Below, piece by piece: positions 35,125 to 48,791 of a stretch of DNA of 64,000 nt (position 1 is its first letter; each line of letters begins with the position of its first letter). The position numbers and the translations under genes are program-made. The notes below the pieces were generated by a model. The model did not search any database, was not told the DNA's origin, and saw nothing but the letters and a program-made list of their open reading frames with translations. The stretch spans positions 299,646,001 to 299,710,000 of the forward strand of contig OZ024740.1 of NCBI GenBank assembly GCA_964016885.1. The letters are read 5' to 3'. This DNA is from Eledone cirrhosa (Eukaryota).

Positions 35125-37346
35125 CTACATTTTAAATTTAAATTTATATTTAAACGTTGAGTTCAATCTATGTCTGCAGCAACTGAATAAATTTGTCCGT
35201 AGATTAAGGGAATTTTTAGATTTTAGTATAAAGAATATCTCCTCCGCACAGAGGTCACATGTCTCAGAGGATGAATTAAAAGGAATCCCCCTTGAAACTA
35301 TATTCCAAGTCGTCGAATATCTAACGTTATCATGCCTAAGTTGCCAGAGTACGCCTGATAGTGCTGTTGAAGATTTTTTGGATGGATCTGTGAAAGAATT
35401 CTTGTGGTTGTTATAGCGAAGTTTAAATTCCGTCGATGTAGAACCAACGTAGTTAAAAGAATTAACGTCCGTTTTAACATTACAGTTGTATATTATATTT
35501 TTAACTAAGCAGTTGTTATTTAACGGACATTTAGATCTATCTCTACAGTTACATTTGTTAACTTGGATATTATTGATGCTATTATCGCTAGGTTTTAAGT
35601 TTCTGTTATTTATTCTATTAATATTTTGCGCTAAATTTTTGGTGGATGAGTAGGTTAGTTTTATAGTATGTCTATTGAAAATTGAGTGATACCTATGTGT
35701 TCTAGGGAAGCGATTATCGAGAGCTTTAAAAAATAGTTTAGCAATGTGGGTTTTAATGTTTAGTGAGAAAGGGGGGGGGGGCAAACCATATTATATTCCT
35801 AGTTCTATTTCTTTTATGGCTTTTGGAATTATTGTAATGCTTTCTATTATAGTTGTTAAGGTTGTCGCCATAATTAAAATAGTTGTTATTTTGTTTAATT
35901 TGTTTATCATTATCTATGTACATAATTTTATCACTATATCCTGCTCTAGCTAACGCTTCATTGTAATAATGGGCTTTTTCGTCGAAAATCTTTTTATTAG
36001 ATGAGATTCTAGAGATACGTGATTGAACAGAGTTTACTATAGTATTTTTAACAGATCTGGGGTGGTTAGAGTTAAAGCTGACATAGTTTAAGTTTTCATT
36101 CAACTTGTGAAATGGATAGTGAAGACATGTGTTGAGATTTAATGTTATATCTAGGAAGTTGACTATTCTATGGTTATTCTCAATTTCTATTTTTAGATTA
36201 AAGTGATTAAAAAATTGTGTAATTTGTTTTCTTTTTCTATTTAGTTCAGAGTTATTATTATCAATAAGTAAAAGCATGTCATCTCTATATAAACCTCCGG
36301 TAGTACCAGGTATTTTCCTATGCAGCGAATTGATTAAAAATAAGCCCACAAGGTCAGTTACCTGAGCTGAGTCGGATGATCCCATAGTAATGTCAAAATT
36401 GTTATCTCTATCTGCTCGGGTCCATAGTTGGTCATTAAATTCTATCAATGTTTTCCTAGCCGATAATATAATGTGCATTTCATTGCTAGTTAGGTCTGTA
36501 TGTTTGAATGCGTAATTTAGTGCCTTATTTAGTAGATTAGGGTTAATGGAAGAATAATAGTTAGCAATATCAAGTTGAATAAACTTATTATTATTGTTAT
36601 ATTTAATTTGCTTAAACCACTCAACAACCTCACCAGTTCCCTTCCACAAGCTCAGGTTAGGTAAACAACTCAAGTTTTTAATTTGCTGTATCACCCTGTC
36701 AAGAATGTTTTTGCTTAGTTTACCCAGGTCCGATTTTGATGGTGCAATCAATCTGACTGGCAAGTCATTCTCGAAATTTCTCTTATGATCTTTCATATTG
36801 ATCTTCGGTTTCCTGGGCACGAAAGGTTGTGTTCTGTTCTCAATTTCCAACTCGTGCATTATACAAGATGCCTCAACATTCATTTTCTCTAGCTCGGCCT
36901 TATCTGCTACCTTGTACTTTTTCCTCAGTTCTTTTAGTATGAGGCCATTATACATGTCTTTCTGCACTCCATAGAGGTTGTTGGTCTTGTCAGATTTTAC
37001 CAAGATCTTCTCAGTTTTCTCTAATCTCTCAATATTATCCCTAATGCCTTTCAGATATTCCTGGCCTTTGAAGTTTCTCTTGAATTTGACTCCTTGTATG
37101 ATAGAAATTATATCGTTTTCAAAGTCAGATAAAAGTTTGTTGGGGGGGGGGGGTGGATTTCTTTTGGATTTGAAAACTTTGTTTAAGTCCGAGACATTTT
37201 CATTTATATTAGATTTATCAAAGTGGAATGCTCGCCACCTGATTCTCCTTATAAAAGAGTCAGATTTATCTATTAATTGTTTTATAAAGTCTTTGTTTCT
37301 AGGTAGAGGTGTCTTTTAAAGAGGAAGTAATCTTAAAGAATTCCAT
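35125..37346 (-). pseudogene. Hydra-type PLE RT-GIY-YIG polyprotein with frameshifts
   Basis: IRRIRWRAF N-terminus, DK motif (KSDKTNN), LDIANYY, TMGS, YRDD, linker CxCx5C (CNCRDRSKC), NIIY..YVG..R..NH GIY-YIG and CDLC..CCRH tail. Break at the G11 run (~35775); other likely breaks at the G12 run (~37148) and near 37310. Confidence 0.85.
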
Positions 37347-37400
37347 TTTTTATATATATATATATTTTTATATATATATATATTTATATATATATATATA

Positions 37401-37673
37401 TATTAGAAAGTGAGTTTTTTTTTACAAAATGAAAAATAACCGAGGTGTCCTACACGAGTGGAAGTATAAAGAAAAAGAGATGAAATCGAAAATGCAACTG
37501 AAGTCTTATTTTTTTTTAAAATATATATATCTGTGAGAAAAACCACAGACCCTCCATCTCAACTCACCTTTTGAAAAGCAGAAGAACTGCGAAACCGGTA
37601 AAGGAACCAAATAAATATATATATTTAAAAAAAAAATAAGACTTCAGTTGCATTTTCGATTTCATCTCTTTTT

Positions 37674-37680
<7 letters not shown>
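37401..37680 (+). mobile_element. pLTR with 5' inverted copy of its own 3' end (same family as 29030-29335)
   Basis: 37401-37530 is the reverse complement of the pLTR 3' part; 37533-37680 is the direct copy. Confidence 0.75.
37567..37604 (+). ncRNA. Minimal hammerhead, U3-A8 variant (second identical copy)
   Basis: Identical to 29160-29197. Confidence 0.65.
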
Positions 37681-37750
<70 letters not shown>

Positions 37751-38501
37751 TATATATAAACAAATATAAACGAGAGAGAGTGTGTGTGAAAGATATAGAT
37801 ATATATGTACACTCAGATATGTGAGTATGTTGTGGTACCATTTAAAAAAGTGAATGTAAAATTTGCTCAGCTTTGAGGGAAATCCAACTATATATTATTG
37901 GCTGTTAATATTTCTATTATTTAGTCAACTACGGGCTACAACCTCTGTAACAGTATACAGTATAAATTACACTGTGAAGATATTATTCCCCTATGAACGA
38001 ATCGTTAAATGCAAAGTGTACCCACGGGCAGGGTTTGAACTCAAGTCATTAAAAAACGGTAACCAAATATAACAAAGTATCTCTCTGGCACTGAATTCAC
38101 CCGCTCACATATATTTATAGTTAATAAAAATGTTTTGAGTATGTGTCTGTGTGTATGTCTGAGTGTATGTATGTGTGTGTAAGAGTATGTCTATGTGTGT
38201 GTGTATCTGAGTGTGTGCTTATCTTTGTATGTATATGAGGGTAAGTCTGCATGTGTGTAACTGTTTGTTTACATGTGTGTGTATTGATATACTACTCCAC
38301 GAAGACATCCACATAAAACGAAGAGATAAGTTTATTTACATTAGTATTCAAAACATGAAATAAGTTCTAAGAAATTAGGTCTAACACCATACATGTATAT
38401 ATGTAGTATGTGTGAATATGTGTGTACGTGTCTGTTTGTATGTCTGCATATATATATATGCATGTGTCAAAACGCATGTAGACGCATATGTATATCTGTA
38501 A

Positions 38502-38571
<70 letters not shown>

Positions 38572-38573
<2 letters not shown>

Positions 38574-38832
38574 TTCGGGAGGGTCATATTGTTGTAATAA
38601 TATTACCAGAATTAATAACAGAACACACACACTGTTTGGTTGGTTTTCGCTTCTGTATCTTTTATATCAGTTAATTTATTCGGTCCTCAATGTTACCATT
38701 GACTGACCAACGGTCAAAAATACAGATATAATATAGACACAAACAGATATATATAGTCTAACAAAGTTCTTTCGTTGCACATCTGCATCATCGTCAGTGG
38801 TATTATGTTTCCTCCTGTTTTATTTCCTCCTG

Positions 38833-38834
<2 letters not shown>
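38572..38834 (-). mobile_element. Naiad-related solo pLTR fragment with hammerhead (38760-38801)
   Basis: Minus strand: cca-CTGACGA-t-gatgca gatg tgcaac-GAAA-gaac-TT-tg. Shares GAAAgaacT and the atgaccctccc.aagtat end motif with the Naiad pLTR at 43053-43075. Confidence 0.6.
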
Positions 38835-38870
<36 letters not shown>

Positions 38871-38882
38871 ATATATATATAT

Positions 38883-39048
<166 letters not shown>

Positions 39049-39068
39049 GAGGAAATACAACAGTAGGA

Positions 39069-39099
<31 letters not shown>

Positions 39100-39280
39100 T
39101 TCATTTCTGAATTTGTTTAGCAAGATTCTTTATCTGAAATCGTGTGTTGAAGTCAAGTTGCCAATAAGAAACACACGCACCAGTTGCTTTCACTTCAATT
39201 TATTATATATATATAAATTTACAAATTTATAAATTTCTGGTTGGTTGGTTGGTTCCACAACCAGATAGTTGTTTATATAT

Positions 39281-39325
39281 AGTCATAGTTCTTTCGTCAC
39301 ACACTCTGTGACCTCTTCAGTGACT
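39281..39325 (-). ncRNA. Minimal type-I hammerhead ribozyme (Naiad 3' pLTR)
   Basis: agtca-CTGAAGA-g-gtcaca gagtg tgtgac-GAAA-gaac-TA-tgact. Confidence 0.82.
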
Positions 39326-39525
39326 GGGGATTCCTTTCTTTGTTTCTGTGCCTCTCCTTTGTTCTGTCCTACGCCATTTTGATACTGTGTGTGTGTTGTG
39401 TGCTCAGTCTGCGCATGCGCCACATCCGGGTGTCTGTGTGTGTTTATGTTCATTTATCTATTTGTTTATTTACATGTTACTGGTTGGTTGTTTGTTCTAT
39501 GTGTGTGTGTGTTTTCATTTTGTCC

Positions 39526-42500
39526 TTAATTGTAAGTTGTGATGTTGCTGTTCCACTCATATTTTCTATTTAATTTTGGTTGTAATTCTTTTATGTTTAT
39601 CGCCACTGTAATTTGTCTAAACATTGCGTCTTTTCTGTGTGTAGATTCTATTTTTATTTCTATGTTCTGTAATTTACCCATGTGTTCTATCTTAGCATGT
39701 TGGTAGAGTACAGATGATTCTTTATTATCTTGAAGGTCTCGCCAGTGTTCATTTATCCGTTCCCCTACACTACGAGCTGTCTCACCTATGTACACTATAT
39801 TTTTGTCTCTACATTTTCCTTCAGTACATCTTATGCTATACACTACATTTCTAGTTTTACAGTTAATATGGGGGCTTATTTTACAGGTTACACATTTCTT
39901 ATCTATACATGAGGGTCTTTGAAAAGGGTATGTCTTGCTAATAAGTGTTTTTACGGAGGTACCTGGTCTTTCTACTATCTTAATATTGAGTTTATGTTTA
40001 TTTAGGGCCCTTCTAAATTTGTAAGCTAGTTCACCTCTAGGGGTTGTATCGATGAACATTACACTCTGGTATTTATTGCTATCATACCATGAGTTTATTC
40101 TATTAGCCTTGTTCCTAGTTATTTCTATTCTATTCCAAAATTTGCTCCTATTCAAGGGGCAGGTCCCATTTATATCATTATTTACCATTTTTTCCCATTT
40201 GGTTCTGGCTCCTCTCTCTATACACTCTGATACTATCTCTCTGATTGTAACCAGAGAACTGCATACGGTGGATGAAGTGTTGTATGTGTCTCTCTAGTTC
40301 TTCGGGGTTGCACATGCGGGACACATTTCTCATCACCCGTACCAAATCCGCAATCAGTATGTTGATTTTGGTATGGTCCGAAATGGCCGAGTTTCGGTGG
40401 ATCAGATGTTTGGAAGTCATTGGTTTGGCATAATGGGAATGGAGGATTTGTTTTTTGTTGTTAATGGTATCTAACCAGAGCTCTGTGTCTAGTACAGGTA
40501 ATCGATGGTTGGGGTGTTTACTTGGGTAGTCTATAGTAACTCTAATGTTCTGGTGGATGGGGTTTGCTATTTGCTGGATGCTTTCCATTGTGTTTTTCTC
40601 TAGTTCCTGACTGTTCTCTAGTGGGGGTGTCTTAACTATGATGTCTATATCATCTACGTAGCGGGAGTACATTATCAGGGTTAAGGGGTCTTCTAATTGT
40701 TCTTTAAGTTTAAGGTTAAGTCTACTGTCCCACCATACCATGAATAAGTTAGCTATGTCGCCTGCAATGCTAACACCGATGGCTGCTCCTTCCTTTTGGG
40801 CATATGTTTTTCCATTAAATTTGAACATATGTTCCTTAAGGGTTAGATTTATGCTGGCCCCTACCACATGTGCAATCATTTTCTTCAGTTCATCGTGGTT
40901 TTTGGGTGTCCGTATGGCTCTGGTCCACCCGTTCCATCTATCTGTGTGGGTTTTCTTGGCCATTGAGGTAATGGTAGGTGGTCTGCCTCTTGCTGGTCTT
41001 GTAGGGCATAGGTTGCTAAGGTCATAAGTGTCTAGGTAACTATTACTATAGGTAAGCTTAAGTAGGAGTCCCAGCTCACTGGTATCAATCCCACGGAACT
41101 CAACCTTGCTCTCACTGATCATTTCTACGCATTTCTCCACAGCAAAATCCACGTCAATAGATGGGTACAGGGACACAACATCCATACTGCCTATTATGCA
41201 GTTTGTTAGGTCCCCAGATCGGTTACTCACGCCGATTCTGCTGAGGAGGTCCTCCGTGCTGTCACATACATCTGGGGACATTTCAATAATGGGGCGTATG
41301 ATCAGGGAGAGGAAGTAGGACAGTCTGTAGTTACTAGCAATGTTAGCTCCACAGACTGGCCGTGTTGGTGGTCCTGCGACAGGGTCACAGCCCGTTTTAT
41401 GGTCTTTTCGAAGCCCATACAACGCTGGCACGTCATTGTTCCAGGCCTGGAAGTTGTTGGCAGTCCTTTTGTTGGGCTGCATTATATTCGTCCACATCAC
41501 CATATGGGCATTGAGGGCTTTTTCTCTATCCTCATGCTCCTGTGGTGTTACCTCTCTTGTGTTACTGATGTGGGGTTGCATTGCCTGGATGTAGTTTGGC
41601 AGGCTGTCAACCGACATTCTGCCAGACTTGTCTGTTGGAAAGCATGCTATCTCTCCATTACGTGAGCGCTGCATGAGCTTACGCAAGCCATTTGCAGATT
41701 TTTCTCCCAGTTGCTGGGCCTCCATTCTATTATGCTTCTTGCTATACTGTTCTATAATATTTCTAAGTTCGGATCTAGCTATACTAAATTGTGCTTCTGT
41801 TTGTTCATCGACCTGCGACGGCAATTGCGTGCGTTTGTTAAATGGTAAAGTCGTGGCGTGGACTCGTCGCAGGTCGAATGATTTATCGGAGGGATTATAA
41901 AACTGAGAGTTCCAGGCTGCTGCTTTATGTGTACTAGTGCTATTGTTATTGTTAGTTGTGTTGTTTCTATTTCTATTTCCACCAACAGCCTCATGGTTGT
42001 TTCTATGTCTCTCATAATTACTCCTGTCTCTTTCCACTGGCTCATTGTTGTTATCTACCCTATTTTGTGTGTCTGTGTGTTCGTCTTGGTTATTCTCTTT
42101 GTCCTTAGACTCCCTTCTCCTTTTAATCCTATTACTTTCCCTTATTTCTGTGATTTCTGTGCTACTGTCATTACTTGTTTTCTGTGTGTTTGTTAAGATT
42201 GTGGTGGTGGTGAGAGGTATTGAATGCGTGTGTGTTGTTGTTGTTGATGTGTGCTGTTGTTGATGTGTGTTGTTGTTGTCTCCGTGTGTGTTATTGTTGT
42301 TGTGTGTGTTGTTATTGTTGTTTGTGTCTGCGTGTCTGTTGTTGTTTCTGGGTATGTTGTTATTTTTGTTGTTGTTGATGTGTGTGTTGTTTGTGACTGT
42401 GTGTCTGTTGTTGTTGGGATGTGTGTTGTATATGTGTGTGCGTATATTGTTGCTTTTGTTTTTGTTTTTGTTTTTGTTTTTGATGCTCCAGCGTAGTTTT

Positions 42501-42630
42501 GTAAATGATTTTTCTATTTCTGACAGACAACTAATCATATTTACCTTCTTGAATGTCGCAAATTTCGGGGGTAAACATAACACAGACATTTCGTCATTAT
42601 CTATTCTTGCGTTACCATATATATTTGTGT
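39526..42630 (-). pseudogene. Naiad-type PLE RT-GIY-YIG polyprotein, 5'-truncated, one frameshift in an (AG)n run at ~40215
   Basis: TDKSG, KDHK, MDVVSLYPSI, GAAIG, RYVDD, LDTELW, KPMTS, linker Cx4CxxC, NVVY..YIGET.RS..R..EH. Confidence 0.88.
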
Positions 42631-42882
42631 AAAATTAAATAGAAAATATGAGTGGAACAGCAACATCACAACTTACAATTAAGGACAAAATGAAAACACA
42701 CACACACATAGAACAAACAACCAACCAGTAACATGTAAATAAACAAATAGATAAATGAACATAAACACTCACAGACACCCGGATGTGGCGCATGCGCAGA
42801 CTGAGCACACAACACACACACAGAAACAAAATGGCGTAGGACATAACAAAGGAGAGGCACAGAAACAAAGAAAAGAATCCCC

Positions 42883-42927
42883 AGTCACTGAAGAGGTCAC
42901 AGAGTGTGTGACGAAAGAACTATGACT
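42883..42927 (+). ncRNA. Minimal type-I hammerhead ribozyme (inverted Naiad pLTR)
   Basis: Identical motif to 39281-39325, on the opposite strand. Confidence 0.82.
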
Positions 42928-43383
42928 ATATATAAACAACTATCTGGTTGTGGAACCAACCAACCAACCAGAAATTTATAAATTTGTAAATTTATAAATA
43001 TATAATAAATTGAAGTGAAAGCAACTGGTGCGAGTTTTTTCTTATTGGCAACATGACCCTCCCAAAGTATAACAATATATATATATATATACATATATGA
43101 ATAAAAAATGGCGAGCTGTGTTGTTGCATATATGATATATATAATAAATGTAGAATTAGAAATAGAAGCCAGGACTCTCCGTCATCAGTGGTCCACTAGC
43201 CATCATAGGTATTTCTTCGCATTACAGAATATATGCCTCCGGCTAGGGCAATGCAATAACTAAACTAAGTTATTGGGATAATAAGAGTTGGTGGAGAAGG
43301 AGAGACAGGTAAACAAACAGGAATGGTGAGGCATTGCTGCAAAACGACCATAAGACCGACATCAATAAGACATGCGACTTAAC

Positions 43384-43458
<75 letters not shown>

Positions 43459-43506
43459 GTATATATATATGTATATATATACATATATATATATGTATAT
43501 ATATAA

Positions 43507-43537
<31 letters not shown>

Positions 43538-43538
43538 C

Positions 43539-43568
<30 letters not shown>

Positions 43569-43569
<1 letters not shown>

Positions 43570-45203
43570 GGGAACGGGGCCCGAGGATAGGAAGAGGAAA
43601 TGGCTAGACCATTTTAGGACCCTACTAGGAGAGCCACCCTCCACAGCCCAGAGCACTAGGGAGATCAAGCGGCTGTTTGAGGAACTGGATGTTGAGACAG
43701 AGCCCTTCCCAGGGAGGAGCTTCAGAGAGCCAAGGAGAGGATCAAGGAGGGCAAGGCTCATGGAGAAGATGGAGTGGCATCAGAGGTGATGAAGAGGTGT
43801 GATTTTGATGATATCATCCTGGGGTTCTGTAACGGGGCACTGGAGAAAGAAGTTGCCCCGAATCAGTGAAGGATCAGTACATCGTCCCAGTGCCAAAGAA
43901 GGGAGATCTCTCTAACACCAACAACTACAGGGGGATCTCACTAACGTCACTCGTGGCAAAGACCCTCAACAGGATGATTCTTAACAGGATCCAGCCTGAG
44001 ACGGAGAAGAAGCTCAGGGACAACCAGAACGGCTTCAGAGAGGGAAGATCAACCACCAGTCACATCCTGATGCTGAGGAGGATATTACAGGGAACTAGAG
44101 CAAAGTGCCTTCCTGCGGTCATTGTTTTCGTTGACTTTAGGAAGGCCTTTGATTCTGTGGACCATCACTGCCTAATGAAGATCTTACAGGCTTATGGAAT
44201 CTCCAAGAAGATAGTGGACCTGATATCACTGCTCTACACCAACACCAAAGCCCAAGTCATTACACCTGATGGGATGACAGAGTTCTTTCAGATACTGGCT
44301 GGAGTGCTCCAGGGAGATACCTTGGCTCCCTACCTATTAATCATCGTAGTGGACTATTGTATGCGCCTTGCACTGGAGAAACACCAGGACTCTGGCTTTA
44401 CTGTGTCACCGGCTCAGAGCAGGAGAGTTACGGCGAAAAAGGTATCGGATGCTGAATTTGCCAACGACATAGTTTTGTTGACAAATACAGTGAAGGAGGC
44501 AGAGGATTTGATGCGGGAGGTTGAGACCGTGTCGATGAGTGTGGGGCTGAGACTAAAACAAAATATCTGGTAGAGAATGTTGAGAAGGCAGAGGGGATCA
44601 CTAATGTAGGCGGGAAGCCGCTAGAATTGGTTGAGGGCTTCCTGTATTTGGGAGCAAAGATTGGGAATACGGAAGATGATGTGGTTCAGAGGAAGAGCAA
44701 GGCTTGGGCGGCGTGCCACAGCTTGAGATCGGTGTGGAAGTCGGACCTTCGTAGAGACCTGAAAATCCGCCTCTTCATTGCTGTAGTGGAGTCTGTGCTG
44801 CTGTATGGGTCTGAGACTTGGATACTGACCAAGAAACTCACCCAAATGTTGGATGGGTGGTACACAAGAATGCTGAGGATGGTTCTGAACATTAATCAGT
44901 ATACACTGAGGGTGAAAAACTCAGAGCTGTATGGGAGCATCCCGAAAGTCAGCTCAAAATGACACAGAGGAGACTGAGGTTAGCTGGACATGCTCACCGA
45001 CATCCAGAGTTGATATTGCACTCAGTGCTCCTTTGGGAGCCCCTACATGGACACACTAGAAGAGGAAGACCAAGGTTAACGTATGTTGATGCCCTAAGGA
45101 CAGACACTGGTCTATTGGAGACGCAGGACATGGCAGCGATAATGAGGGACAGAGACCGCTGGAGAAAACTCGTCCATGGATCTCGGGAATTTTACCCGCC
45201 TTA
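43569..45203 (+). mobile_element. 5'-truncated RTE/RTEX-like LINE in (TA)n, disrupted
   Basis: RT motifs NYRGISL, NQNGFR, FVDFRKAFD, GVLQGDTLAP, FAND (degenerate YADD); C-terminal RRLRLAGH..RGRP. Confidence 0.85.
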
Positions 45204-45209
45204 GAATAG

Positions 45210-47230
<2,021 letters not shown>

Positions 47231-47513
47231 TTAATATTTTCATACTGTTTTGGGTTGCTTCGTATATATTTTCTGTTTATCGAAGTGAAGCCATATAGCA
47301 TTAAAAATACTAGATAATGTATTTCATAGTCGTTTCTTTAAGCAAATTCCTATATACCAATGCGGAGTTGATAGATCTAATCATCACAATTGGTCGGATC
47401 CAAATGCCACATTATCTATCTCACACACACACACAAACACATACTCTGTGTGTGTATATATATGTACGCACACACACAAACACATACATATATATATAGA
47501 TATATGTATATAT

Positions 47514-47615
<102 letters not shown>

Positions 47616-47639
47616 TTATATGTATTTATATATATATAT

Positions 47640-47959
47640 GGAGGCACATGGTTTAGTGGCCTTGCAATCAAAAGGTTGTGAGTTCAATTCTAAGACCGGG
47701 TGATGTGTTGTTTCCTTGAGCAAGATACTTTATTTCACATTGCTCCAGTTTACTCAGCTGTAGAAATGAGATGATAGGGACTGGGGTCCATATCATTCCA
47801 CTGCAAAGTGGTCGTGGAGGTGCCACGCAAAAAAGCACCCTGCACTCACTGTAAATGAGGTTGGTGTTAACAAAGGCATCCAGCTGTAGAAATCAAGTCA
47901 GAATCAGTTCCCGTCTCACCCTTGCAAGCAGGGAAAAAGCGGACGTAACATGAAATGAT
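47640..47959 (+). mobile_element. tRNA-derived CORE-type SINE
   Basis: tRNA-like head (tggtttagtgg..gagttcaattc), CORE-like tccttgagcaagatacttt and distal ggttggtgttaacaaaggcatccagctgtagaaa. Confidence 0.7.
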
Positions 47960-48460
47960 ATATATATATATATATGTGTGTATATATATATATTTACAGA
48001 CACATATCTATGTTTGTTTGTGTGTGCATGTATGGACACGTGCATGATATGTGTGTATATTAAATCCGTAACCAGACAAAACTACACTAAATAACAGCTT
48101 TTTGATCTTGAGGCGTATTGCCATAATGGAAAAATAATGGGGAAAAAAGGAATAAAGGTAATAATATTTTTTACTATTCGTTAAAATGCTTGTAAACTCT
48201 CTACATATTAGCTCAAAAATACTCGTTACTGAATGGTTTATATCAGTTGAATGCGTATATATATATATTTCATATATCCATCTATTTTTCGCTTTCTCCT
48301 CCATTCTCTCCATGAAATCACAGTGTCTATTCCTGATTAACAACTAACGAATGAAAAATATTTTATTGTCTACTCTTGTATTTGTTTGCATCTCTCCGAC
48401 TGAAATTTCTGTTCTATATCCCATTTTCACTCTTTCTTTCTCTCATTCATTCTATCTCCG

Positions 48461-48491
<31 letters not shown>

Positions 48492-48791
48492 TAAGGTTTG
48501 TTGGTTCACCACTGGATAGAACTGATCATTCCGTATGGTCAACCTCGATGTAATATTATGGAGAGCATTAGACGTAATGCAACTCACTCGTCTTCGTTTG
48601 TGTTGTTGGTGGTGCGAGTACGGAGTTAATTATTATAAAATAACAGGAGGCTAGACTGGTGTAATTCCTTAAAAGGTTTATTATACTATGATCATTTCAA
48701 TGACCGGGTTCAGTATGAATCCGGTGACATCATAAGATATTCGAAATATAACAAAGGAATATAATAGACAAAATCCATGGTACTGAAAATC

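Larger units (their letters stand above)
33610..37350 (-). mobile_element. Penelope-like element, Hydra-type (RT + C-terminal GIY-YIG), in (TA)n
   Basis: ORF pieces from ATG ~37346 to stop 35125; hammerhead in the 3' region; (TA)n on both flanks. Confidence 0.85.
39110..43075 (-). mobile_element. Penelope-like element, Naiad-type, 5'-truncated with inverted pLTR
   Basis: ~420-bp inverted repeats at 39157-39577 / 42631-43052; RT+GIY-YIG ORF; (TA)n flanks. Confidence 0.88.

Noticed and set aside
38015-38050. B-box-like gagttcaaaccc on the minus strand
   Set aside because: No accompanying A box, cloverleaf or SINE body recognised.
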